Shown here piece by piece: positions 55,233 through 64,000 of a stretch of 64,000 nt of DNA; within the stretch, counting starts at the first letter, position 1, and the number at the start of each line of letters is the position of its first letter. Under the pieces are notes generated by a model. It did not search any database and was not told the DNA's origin. It saw nothing but the letters and a program-made list of their open reading frames with translations. A program made the translations under genes and the position numbers. Location: the NCBI GenBank assembly GCA_963663865.1, contig OY760686.1, forward strand, positions 2,304,001-2,368,000, given 5' to 3'. The DNA is from Spirochaetota bacterium. GTDB lineage: Bacteria; Spirochaetota; UBA4802; UBA5550.

Positions 55233-57338
55233 GTGACAAAACTAACGTTTCCGCCGGTAAGCAAGCCGGGCAGGCCTGTACCTCTCGGAGCACGTGTTGA
55301 GGGTAACGGCGTACAGTTCTCTCTCCTCAGCAGAAACGCTGAATCCGTATCTGTCGTGCTGTTTCTTGAAAAAACACCAAAATCGGAGTACATAACAGTC
55401 CCGCTTGATCCGGCCAGAAACCGAACTGGCGATATATGGCATATATGGATTGAAGGTGCCGCTGAAGGCCAGCAATACGGCTACAAAATAGGCGGCCGTT
55501 ATAAACCCGCGGAAGGCCACAGGTTTAATCCGGAGAGACTTATAATCGACCCATACGCCAGGGCGCTAACCGATAACTTCAGATGGGACCTGTCAAAGGT
55601 CCGGGACCTTGACGGGCCTGCCGAAATTGACGACCCGGTTTACCATGTACCGAGGGCCATAGTTATAGACGCGAGCGACCTTCCTGACGACAGACAGCTG
55701 CAGCTTTCTCCCGAAGAAACAATAATCTACGAAATGCACGTCAAGGGATTTACCAGACACCCCTCCTCCGGGGCCGAATATCCAGGCACCTACAGGGGTG
55801 TTATAGAAAAGATACCCTACCTTAAAGAACTCGGTGTAACCGCCGTCGAGCTGTTGCCGGTTCAGGAATTTGACGAGTACGACAACATCTTTCATAATCC
55901 TTTTACCGGAGAAAGGCTCAAAAACTACTGGGGCTACAACACGATAGCTTTTTTCGCGCCAAAGGCAACCTATTCATCAACAGAGGCCATGGGCCTCCAG
56001 ATTATAGAGTTCAGAGAAATGGTTAAGGCCCTTCACGATGAGGGCATTGAGGTAATTCTTGACGTGGTTTTTAATCACACCGGTGAGGGTGATGAACGCG
56101 GCCCCGTCATCTCCTTCAAGGGAATTGACAACTCAATTTACTATATGCTTGAGGAGGATAAAAGCCGGTACAAGAACTTTTCCGGCTGCGGAAATACCTT
56201 TAACTGCAATCACCCTCTCGTGCGCGAATTCATACTCGACTGCCTCAAGTACTGGGTTATCGAGATGAAAGTAGACGGCTTCAGATTCGACCTCGCTTCA
56301 ATTCTGGGCAGGGACATCAACGGAAACATTTTGAGCAATCCCCCCCTGATAGAGAGAATCGAAGATGACCCCATTCTCCGTAACACGAAGCTCATTGCCG
56401 AGGCATGGGACGCGGCAGGAGCCTATCAGGTCGGCAAGTTCCCGTCCCGATGGCAGGAATGGAACGGCATGTACCGGGACGATGTCCGCTCTTTCTGGAG
56501 AGGAGATGCCGACAGAGCCGGAAGGTTTGCCACCAGGCTCTGCGGCAGCTCTGACCTTTACGGCATGGGAGGGAGAGGTCCGTGCCGCAGCATCAACTTC
56601 ATTACCTGTCATGACGGCTTCACGCTCAACGACCTCGTCAGCTATGAAAAGAAACACAATGAGGCTAACGGCGAGGACAACAGGGACGGTGAAAACCATA
56701 ACATTTCGAGAAACTACGGCGCTGAAGGGCCGACAGATGATTCTCAGATAAATTCCATACGCCTGCGTCAGATGAAAAACTTCATAGCCACACTGTTCCT
56801 TTCGCAGGGTATCCCGATGCTTCTTATGGGTGACGAATTTATGAGGACTAAGCGCGGAAACAACAACACCTACTGCCAGGACAGTGAGTATTCCTGGCTG
56901 GACTGGTCGGGCCGTGAAAAAGCCGCGGAATTTTTTGAGTTTACACAGTTCATGATCAGATTCCGGAGAGAGCACCCCTCCCTCAGAAAAAGAGACTTCT
57001 TCACAGGCCGGATAAATCCCGGCTGCGATGCCCCCGATATAAGCTGGCACGGCCTTGAGCCCGATAAACCTGACTGGTCACCTGAAAGCAGGTTCGTCGC
57101 GCTTCTTGTCAACGGAAACTGCGCGGTATCGGACAATCCCGACAGTGACATCTACATGGTTTTCAACGCCAATGACAGGCCTGCAGACATTACTCTGCCG
57201 GCATCAATATGCGGAGGACCGTGGAAGCTGGCCTTTGACACCTCAAAACCGCTAACCCTCTCTGATAATCACCAATCATATTCTGAATACTGCATAAATG
57301 CCATGACGACCTCCGTCTTCACCGCTGTCAAAATGTGA
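55233..57338 (+). CDS. glgX: Glycogen debranching enzyme
   Basis: PVPLGA, YEMHVKGFT, NYWGY, DVVFNHT, DGFRFDLA, IAEAWD, HDGFTL, GNNNTYCQD. Confidence 0.95.
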   Translation: MTKLTFPPVSKPGRPVPLGARVEGNGVQFSLLSRNAESVSVVLFLEKTPKSEYITVPLDPARNRTGDIWHIWIEGAAEGQQYGYKIGGRYKPAEGHRFNPERLIIDPYARALTDNFRWDLSKVRDLDGPAEIDDPVYHVPRAIVIDASDLPDDRQLQLSPEETIIYEMHVKGFTRHPSSGAEYPGTYRGVIEKIPYLKELGVTAVELLPVQEFDEYDNIFHNPFTGERLKNYWGYNTIAFFAPKATYSSTEAMGLQIIEFREMVKALHDEGIEVILDVVFNHTGEGDERGPVISFKGIDNSIYYMLEEDKSRYKNFSGCGNTFNCNHPLVREFILDCLKYWVIEMKVDGFRFDLASILGRDINGNILSNPPLIERIEDDPILRNTKLIAEAWDAAGAYQVGKFPSRWQEWNGMYRDDVRSFWRGDADRAGRFATRLCGSSDLYGMGGRGPCRSINFITCHDGFTLNDLVSYEKKHNEANGEDNRDGENHNISRNYGAEGPTDDSQINSIRLRQMKNFIATLFLSQGIPMLLMGDEFMRTKRGNNNTYCQDSEYSWLDWSGREKAAEFFEFTQFMIRFRREHPSLRKRDFFTGRINPGCDAPDISWHGLEPDKPDWSPESRFVALLVNGNCAVSDNPDSDIYMVFNANDRPADITLPASICGGPWKLAFDTSKPLTLSDNHQSYSEYCINAMTTSVFTAVKM

Positions 57339-57440
57339 TTGACCCCATCATGGCAATAGTGTTGTAATGAGACCTGACTTCACAGGCGGCATTTTTTCAT
57401 TTTCCGCCCACCGCGTAAAAAAAAACAAATCGGAGGCATA

Positions 57441-58895
57441 ATGACAGCTATAATTCTGCTTGTTGTTTTCTTCGCCCTTATGATTGGAATCGGTATATGG
57501 GGAATGAAGAAAACATCGTCCCTCGGAGATTTCTTTCTCGGAGGCCGTAGCATCGGCCCATGGATATCATCTGTGGCCTACGGTACTACCTATTTCTCAG
57601 CGGTAATGTTCATCGGTTTCGCAGGGAAGCTCGGCTGGGGATTCGGCATCAACGTCCTGTGGATATCGGCCGGGAACGCATTCTTAGGCGCGCTTCTTGC
57701 CTGGATAGTCCTCGCGCGCAGAACCAGGCGCATGACACAGAACCTCGACGTCATGACTATGCCCGAGTTCCTTCACGAGCGCTTTCAGGGACGCTACATG
57801 AAGATGATCGCCGCAAGTATCATATTCATCTTCCTGCTTCCATACTCCGCCTCGGTCTTCAAGGGACTGGCACACCTCTTTGAGATAAACTTTAGTATGC
57901 CTTACGAATACGCTCTTCTAATAATGATCGGGATCACAGGCATATACCTTGTTCTGGGCGGTTACTTCGCTATAACCCTTACCGACTTCATACAGGGCTT
58001 CATCATGATAATCGGATCCATAGCGATGGTCGCGGTTCTGATTGGCAAGACCGGATCGGGCACTGAAATCTTTCAGAGGCTTTCCGAGGCGTACTCGGCC
58101 CACATGTCTGGCGGTAAAAGCCCCGGGATGCTTCTTCTTGCGTCTCTGGTTTTTATGACTTCAATGGGAGCCTGGGGAATGCCGCAGATGGTCCAGAAGT
58201 TCTACGCAATAAAAGACGAATCTGTTATCAAAAAGGCTACTATAGTAACAACTGTTTTTGCTGTAATAATAGTATTTTCAGCCTATTTCACAGGGGCGCT
58301 GTCTCATCTTTTCTACGACAGCATTCCTCTGGTCAACGGAAAGCCGGCCTTTGACAGGCTTATTCCCGATCTGCTTACAACGCACCTGCCAGAGGGCCTT
58401 ATGGCAATCATTCTTCTTCTTGTGCTGTCGGCCTCCATGTCGACACTCTCGTCTCTTGTGCTGGTATCTTCATCCTCAGTCGCGATTGACCTGTACAAGG
58501 GCCATATCAACCCCGAGATATCCAAGAAGGACTCACTGGCAATGATGCGCTTTCTGAGTGGTCTGTTTATAATCATCTCCTACTTTATTGCCCGATATGA
58601 ATTCGGCTTCATTGTCACTCTTATGTCGCTGTCATGGGGAGCCATTGCAGGAGCGTTTATGGCGCCCTACTTCTACGGCCTCTACTGGAAGGGAGCGACG
58701 CGGGCAGGAGCGGCAACTGGAATGGTTACGGGGATCACCCTGTCAGTATCTCTATTCTTCTACCTGGGAGCCGACAAATCACCGATAGCTTCCAGTATTG
58801 GAATGATCGTTCCATTCATTGTAGTCCCGGTTGTCAGCTGGTTTACAAAGAAGCCGAGCAGCGAACTTATCAGAAAGGCATTTGAGAATATTTAA
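57441..58895 (+). CDS. Sodium:solute symporter family protein
   Basis: DFFLGGR, FSAVMFIG, TDFIQG, GMPQ, SASMST; about 13 TM helices. Confidence 0.92.
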   Translation: MTAIILLVVFFALMIGIGIWGMKKTSSLGDFFLGGRSIGPWISSVAYGTTYFSAVMFIGFAGKLGWGFGINVLWISAGNAFLGALLAWIVLARRTRRMTQNLDVMTMPEFLHERFQGRYMKMIAASIIFIFLLPYSASVFKGLAHLFEINFSMPYEYALLIMIGITGIYLVLGGYFAITLTDFIQGFIMIIGSIAMVAVLIGKTGSGTEIFQRLSEAYSAHMSGGKSPGMLLLASLVFMTSMGAWGMPQMVQKFYAIKDESVIKKATIVTTVFAVIIVFSAYFTGALSHLFYDSIPLVNGKPAFDRLIPDLLTTHLPEGLMAIILLLVLSASMSTLSSLVLVSSSSVAIDLYKGHINPEISKKDSLAMMRFLSGLFIIISYFIARYEFGFIVTLMSLSWGAIAGAFMAPYFYGLYWKGATRAGAATGMVTGITLSVSLFFYLGADKSPIASSIGMIVPFIVVPVVSWFTKKPSSELIRKAFENI

Positions 58896-58910
58896 AACTT
58901 TTACATACTA

Positions 58911-58947
58911 AAAAGCAGAGGATGTCTCGCGAGCATCCTCTTCTTTT
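58911..58947. terminator. Bidirectional terminator between convergent genes
   Basis: aaaagcagaggatg...catcctcttctttt. Confidence 0.7.
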
Positions 58948-58975
58948 GTTTCTGTTATTGTATATCGCTCCAGGC

Positions 58976-61006
58976 TTATTTAAAAATCTTCATAAGCCAA
59001 ATATCACTACAGCTGGTAACTCCTGCAATATTAACCCCTGTCCCTCCGGCATAGAGGTTGTTCTCACTGTCGACAGCTAACGTGGTTATCAGATCATTAC
59101 CCTGTGATCCGTCTAAAATTATATTCCAGTTTTCAGTATCTTCAACACCACTGCTCGAATATTTTTTAATCCACCAGTCTTCAGTGTCAGAATCACCCAC
59201 AACAGCACCGGCCACATAGACATTGTTTTCACTGTCAATGACGATGGTATTGTCAATTTCATCACTTCTGTTGCAGTATATCTTCTTGTCCCAGTTTTCG
59301 GTGTCTTCGTTTCCGTCACTCGAGAACTTTTTGATCCACCAGTCAGACCAGTTATATATATTGGCCAGATTGATTCCAACCCCTACCGCATAAACGTTAT
59401 CATTACCGTCTATTGCCAGAGCATTCAGATGATCAATACTTCCATTGCCGTCAAAGACCTTGTTCCAGTTTTCAGTATCTTCGCTGCCTCTGCTGTCAAA
59501 CTTCTTGATCCACCAGTCATAGCTGGTTGATTCGCCTGCCAGATTCGTCCCGACCCCTCCGATATAGACATTGTCACTGCTATCAATGACAACTGAAAAT
59601 ACCAGATCATCGGAGCCGTTACCGTCAAAAACCTTGTTCCAGTTTTCAGTATCTTCATTGCCATTGCTGTCAAACTTCTTGATCCACCAGTCACAGCTGG
59701 TTGACTCGGCCTGATTATATCGGTAACCTGCTGCGTAGACATTGTTATTGCTGTCTATAGCTATTGAAGTGACGCCTTCGAGGCCGCGATTGTGATCAAA
59801 AGCCTTGTTCCAGTTTTCAGTATCTTCATTGCCAGCGCTGTCATACTTCTTTATAAACCAGTCATAGCTGGTATGCCCTTCATCCGTACTGTCTACAAGA
59901 TTGATACCATACCCAGCCACATAGAGATTATCATCGTTGTCCACAGCTATTGCATTTCCGGAATTAGAATAACATGCATCGCTAATTCTCTTGTTCCAAT
60001 TAACCGTATCCTCTGTACCATCACCAAGAATCTTCTTTACAAGCATATCACTATTATAAGCAGAATAATTCAGATCCATTTCCGACCATGCACAAGCCAT
60101 ATAGACATTGTCACTGCTGTCCAGGACGATTGAATTTATACGGTCTGTGTACCCATTGTTAAACACCCAGTTCTGACAAACTATACTAACAGGGCTGTAT
60201 TCGCTAGTGTTAGAACCGTTTACAGCCTGTATCCATATATAGTAATTTCTGTCATGTCTGATATCTGTTATGGTCGTTGATGTCCCGGTAATTCCTTCAA
60301 TATATTTCTCGTAGACAGATGAATCATCAGAAGTGTTGCATAATACGTTATAACTTTCCGCTCCCTCGACCGCTGACCAGCTCACCTCAATTGTATTATT
60401 GATGACCTTTACATCTGGTTTAACCGGATTTCCTGCCGCAATCACAGTCAATATGAAGGTCTTTGTTGCTGAACTGCTATTCATTGTAATGGTTGCTGTT
60501 AATACCAGTAAACTATTCCTTGTAAAGGGCCTGCACACACTGCCGTTATCAGTTATTATCCCCGGATTACTGCTTTCCCATGTAATTGTTGAACCGTTTG
60601 CCCCTGATTCAGGCAATACCAGATCACCTGTTATACTTTCTGAAGAATCCGACCCGTAAAAGGTTATAGCCAGGCTGTCGGCATCATCAGCTACTGTCTT
60701 CGCATCCTCGTCAACTAGTTCAAATGATGACGACCACAGCACATCAATTAATCCGTCACCATCAGTATCTATTCCGTCAGCAATACCGTCTCCGCTGCAA
60801 TCAATTCCTGCCGCATCTGAAAATCCGTCACCATCGGTATCAACATCACCTACAATTACGCCGCTCTGACCGATTATTGAAGGTTCTTCTTTTTGAGGGT
60901 TCACAACATTACTGTCATCAGATTCATCCGTTTCGTAACAGGCTGAAAGCATCGCGAATGCGGCAATCATAATCACATAAACACAATCCTTAATGGACTT
61001 TCTCAT
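58976..61006 (-). CDS. Modular surface lipoprotein: DxDGDG repeats, Ig-like, FN3 and beta-propeller repeats
   Basis: Lipobox LSAC; DTDGDG; GSTITWESS; VSWSAV; about seven repeats of DWWIKKF..GNEDTENWNK. Confidence 0.85.
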   Translation of the reverse strand: MRKSIKDCVYVIMIAAFAMLSACYETDESDDSNVVNPQKEEPSIIGQSGVIVGDVDTDGDGFSDAAGIDCSGDGIADGIDTDGDGLIDVLWSSSFELVDEDAKTVADDADSLAITFYGSDSSESITGDLVLPESGANGSTITWESSNPGIITDNGSVCRPFTRNSLLVLTATITMNSSSATKTFILTVIAAGNPVKPDVKVINNTIEVSWSAVEGAESYNVLCNTSDDSSVYEKYIEGITGTSTTITDIRHDRNYYIWIQAVNGSNTSEYSPVSIVCQNWVFNNGYTDRINSIVLDSSDNVYMACAWSEMDLNYSAYNSDMLVKKILGDGTEDTVNWNKRISDACYSNSGNAIAVDNDDNLYVAGYGINLVDSTDEGHTSYDWFIKKYDSAGNEDTENWNKAFDHNRGLEGVTSIAIDSNNNVYAAGYRYNQAESTSCDWWIKKFDSNGNEDTENWNKVFDGNGSDDLVFSVVIDSSDNVYIGGVGTNLAGESTSYDWWIKKFDSRGSEDTENWNKVFDGNGSIDHLNALAIDGNDNVYAVGVGINLANIYNWSDWWIKKFSSDGNEDTENWDKKIYCNRSDEIDNTIVIDSENNVYVAGAVVGDSDTEDWWIKKYSSSGVEDTENWNIILDGSQGNDLITTLAVDSENNLYAGGTGVNIAGVTSCSDIWLMKIFK

Positions 61007-61187
61007 GAATTCTCCTCATTTCAAATTTGTAATATTATGCAATTATATAATATAATATATTTCATACTGTCAACACTTTTATACAACTTCTACCGAATTG
61101 CTTTGTCTCGATAAAATCAGGGTAAAACACAGGGAGAGCGATACTGTTTAGCACTACAACACTTCAATGCTCTTGTTGATAAAAATG

Positions 61188-61218
61188 GGGCTGTCCTGAA
61201 ACAAGGGTAGCCCTTTTT
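61188..61218 (+). terminator. Orphan plus-strand terminator-like hairpin
   Basis: gggctgtcct-gaaaca-agggtagccc plus T5; the G:U pairs work only on the + strand. Confidence 0.5.
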
Positions 61219-61226
61219 CGGTGCAC

Positions 61227-61256
61227 AAAAAAAGCCGGGTCAAAACCCGGCTTTTC
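61227..61256 (-). terminator. Terminator of the protease/LRR unit
   Basis: gccgggt-tttg-acccggc plus T7 on the minus strand. Confidence 0.8.
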
Positions 61257-61275
61257 TCATTACAAATTTACTTTT

Positions 61276-62298
61276 TTACCACAAACAGTCGCCATACTCA
61301 ACCGTAACACCTCTGGCTTCCAGTTCGGGAATATACGTGTTGATGGTTGCATCACTGGATGGAGTCTGCATCAGATATACAGTATCTCCCTCGCCAATAC
61401 CTGTATTCTGAAGCAGCGGTGAGATGTCTGCGACAGGATTGCTTGAAAGACCAATTACCTGTAACTCAACAAGCCCAATCAAAAAAGACAAATCGTCAAT
61501 ATAGTTACCCTTATATGAATCTCCGCAAGAAGGTGTATATGATCCATCATAATAATAAAGCGGGACCCCGGCATTAAACTCTTGAAGAGCCGTTAAGCTG
61601 GAAACGAATTCGAAATACCCGGTTGCCAGATAATTCATACCAATGTCAAGACCCTTCAACTTCTTGAGTCCTGAGAGAGGTTGAAACTGTTCAGGTGTAA
61701 GGTTAAAAGGACGTTCGGGCAAATCATCCAAATCGTCAAAAATTATAGTTATGGAGGTTGATGTACTGCCAAGCCCGTTCCTGCTTACATCAAGATACTC
61801 AAGATCGGCCAGATTTGCCAGAAGACCTATTTTACCCCATTCATCACCACCCAGATACAACGAATTATTTATCGAAAGACGCTTTAGCTGAGTCATTGAT
61901 GATATTAGTTCAAGCGAATTAAGTCTTGTTCTCTCTATTTTAAGCTCTGAAACATTGGACAATTCACCCAGAACAGAAAAATCGGTTACATTCAGGCAGT
62001 TAATTATACTCAAAGAATTAAGTTCTGAAAACTTTCTCAAATCAGAGAGATCGCTTACCTCTGAATCTTCAAGAACAAATCCCCTTATACCTGTGATATC
62101 TGATTCGTAGATATCGCCTGTACTCCTGCCGATAAGTTCTCTTACAGCATCTTCAATACAGCTGTCTGCAAAAAATACTGCACTCTGCTCCTGAACCTCT
62201 GGAGTGACCGTCGACTCTTCAGGCGTTGAACTGTCGTCGCATCCCGGGAAAATCACCATTAAACTAACAAAAGCAAGAAAAGATATTGAGTTTTTCAT
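61276..62298 (-). CDS. Leucine-rich-repeat lipoprotein (internalin-like)
   Basis: Lipobox FPGC; FADSCIEDAVRELI cap; LxxLxxLxLxxN repeats; AGGAGG RBS before the ATG at 62298. Confidence 0.85.
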   Translation of the reverse strand: MKNSISFLAFVSLMVIFPGCDDSSTPEESTVTPEVQEQSAVFFADSCIEDAVRELIGRSTGDIYESDITGIRGFVLEDSEVSDLSDLRKFSELNSLSIINCLNVTDFSVLGELSNVSELKIERTRLNSLELISSMTQLKRLSINNSLYLGGDEWGKIGLLANLADLEYLDVSRNGLGSTSTSITIIFDDLDDLPERPFNLTPEQFQPLSGLKKLKGLDIGMNYLATGYFEFVSSLTALQEFNAGVPLYYYDGSYTPSCGDSYKGNYIDDLSFLIGLVELQVIGLSSNPVADISPLLQNTGIGEGDTVYLMQTPSSDATINTYIPELEARGVTVEYGDCLW

Positions 62299-62318
62299 TT
62301 TAGCCCTCCTGAGAATAA

Positions 62319-64000
62319 TCAATGCCCATATCCTGTTGTATTAAAACCAAGGCTGTTCCATATTTCAACGGCTGTCTGCCCATACCAGAGATATATATTA
62401 TCGCCCGGGAATAACTCATTCGCAAGCTCATATGTTCCCAAAACCCAGAGCTGAGCCGCCTCAGGGTATGTGATGGTTGAAGTCATATAGTTTCTCATTA
62501 GTCCGATTGCAAGAGTGCTGGTAAAATCAAGTCCAAGGCTTTGAGTCAACAGATAGAATGCATGGCTTTGAACACAGGAGTTTCTATGAACAAACACTTT
62601 ATTATTATTTCCATAATACCAATTAGTCCCGCAATATACAGATGGAGCTCCAAGCGAATTTGGATTTCTAAAGTCACGAATAGCTACCCTATCAAGAATA
62701 AAATCCTCCCCGCCGTACCAATCAGCAGTTCCTGCCTGTTTATCAGGGTATAATTCTGTCCCGTCTTGCTGGAAATAAAATTCAACTATTGTCCCATAAA
62801 TATCACAAAATGACTCATTTAGGGCACCTGATTCACCCGTTTAGAGAAGACCGCTTGAATATTTGATCATCGCATGGGAAAATTCGTGAGCAATAACATC
62901 CAGAACCGTCAAAGCAGTACAACCCTCCCCATTACCATCACCAATAATAAAAATATCTCTGTTCCCATAAAAACGGGCTTTATCATCCTCGAAATAATAT
63001 TCATCAACTTGAACCGTACCGTCGTAAATGTAAAATTTAGAAACTCCGTCCAGTGGTCCTGAAAAAGGAACATCAGCTACTGAAGTTGTATAATATATAA
63101 CTCTATCAATGTTATATGCTGCTGAAATTGCTGCCGGGTAGTAATTGCCAAAGGAGGTTGATGAATTAGAAAAAATATATGTCCCGCTTTCTAAAGATGA
63201 AGTTAAACAATGAATTTCCCAAAATCTTGTTGGACTTAACAAATAATACAGTCCATCATAAAAGCTATATGCTCCTGTAAAAGAAACGGTGCCTCCGCCC
63301 TCTCCGCTTAATCTTGTACCGCTGAGAGTAACAGGATAACCGCTTGAATAGATATTACTGATTTTCCCGATTATATCACCTGAATTAGCATCAATATAAT
63401 AATCAAAAGACTGGTATCCTTTTCCAATCTCATTATAGCTTGCAGTAATACGGTACGCCCTTTTCTCAGCGTAAATAACGTCTTCATATTCATCCTTCAA
63501 GTTGACTGGACTATTAGCGTCCAATAGTTCAATCAAAATAGCTTTAGCATTCTCTACAGATAATTTACACTCGAATGACTGCTCATCAGGCTCAAAGTTT
63601 TTCCCGTTTATCATAAACACATTGCCATCTCTGTCGATGTGTTCAATTAACTCAGCTCCGACTATCCTGCAGCCCTTAAAGTATTGCTGAAAACGATTGT
63701 GGGTTTTTCCAAACTTGTCTGTTTCAGAACGAACTTTTATAAGTTCGACGTCAGAAGAAATGCTGCATTTTTTAAGCATGTTGATACTTAGCTTCGCAGC
63801 AGGTGAAGCATTTCGAGTGAGAGAGGATGTTTCGTTATTATACTTAAAACCAGTTGTCTTAATAACAGTCTTTAACCCTGAATTCACATCAATGATGGCA
63901 TAATTTTCTTCAGTTTGAGAACCACAGCCGTAAAGAAAAACGAGTAGAATAAATAATAAACCTATTAAAGTTGCCCGACTTCGCCATGAAGTAGCATTAA
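62319..64000 (-). pseudogene. M4 (thermolysin-family) metallopeptidase lipoprotein with an in-frame TAA at 62841-62843; start lies beyond the window end
   Basis: Lipobox LYGC near the window end; FTP/PepSY propeptide; HEFSH; after the stop the same frame gives TGESGALNESFCD...VHRNS. Confidence 0.85.

Noticed and set aside
56298-57050. Long antisense ORFs (also 27293-28168, 18655-19200 and 10262-10819)
   Set aside because: Shadow frames opposite well-supported genes.
59100-60050. CRISPR-like periodic repeats
   Set aside because: They are in-frame coding repeats of a propeller protein with homologous intervening sequence; no cas genes are present.
41874-62843. TAA stop-codon reassignment as the explanation for the two in-frame stops
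   Set aside because: Many ordinary genes here end in TAA at the expected length, and the two sites would apparently need different amino acids.

Overview
Chromosomal window from a diderm, lipoprotein-rich bacterium; the gene content and the dxs/folP/cdaA/ybbR neighbourhood suggest a Spirochaetota-like organism (inference only). Housekeeping blocks: bioB; a DEAD-box helicase; recC-recB-recD; patatin-ligA-lnt; two tRNA-Met genes; a long minus-strand cluster (Sua5/YciO, dxs, tlyA, folP, cdaA, ybbR, pdxJ); glgX; two sodium:solute symporters. AT-richer accessory stretches of secreted proteins and lipoproteins lie between them. No integrase, transposase, CRISPR array or rRNA was seen. Most notable: (1) a two-copy structured intergenic element carrying several hairpins with A(N)GGA loops, resembling CsrA/RsmA-binding sites, whose copies flank a two-gene cassette; (2) tandem DUF3160 lipoprotein paralogs beside the tRNAs that are divergent except for a 259-bp identical 3' end, one with an in-frame stop; (3) a PorV/PorQ-like barrel next to a stand-alone T9SS-CTD/FlgD-Ig-like protein; (4) orphan promoter/terminator units suggesting sRNAs; (5) three otherwise intact accessory genes broken by single lesions. 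All calls are from reading motifs by eye; no database searches were run.
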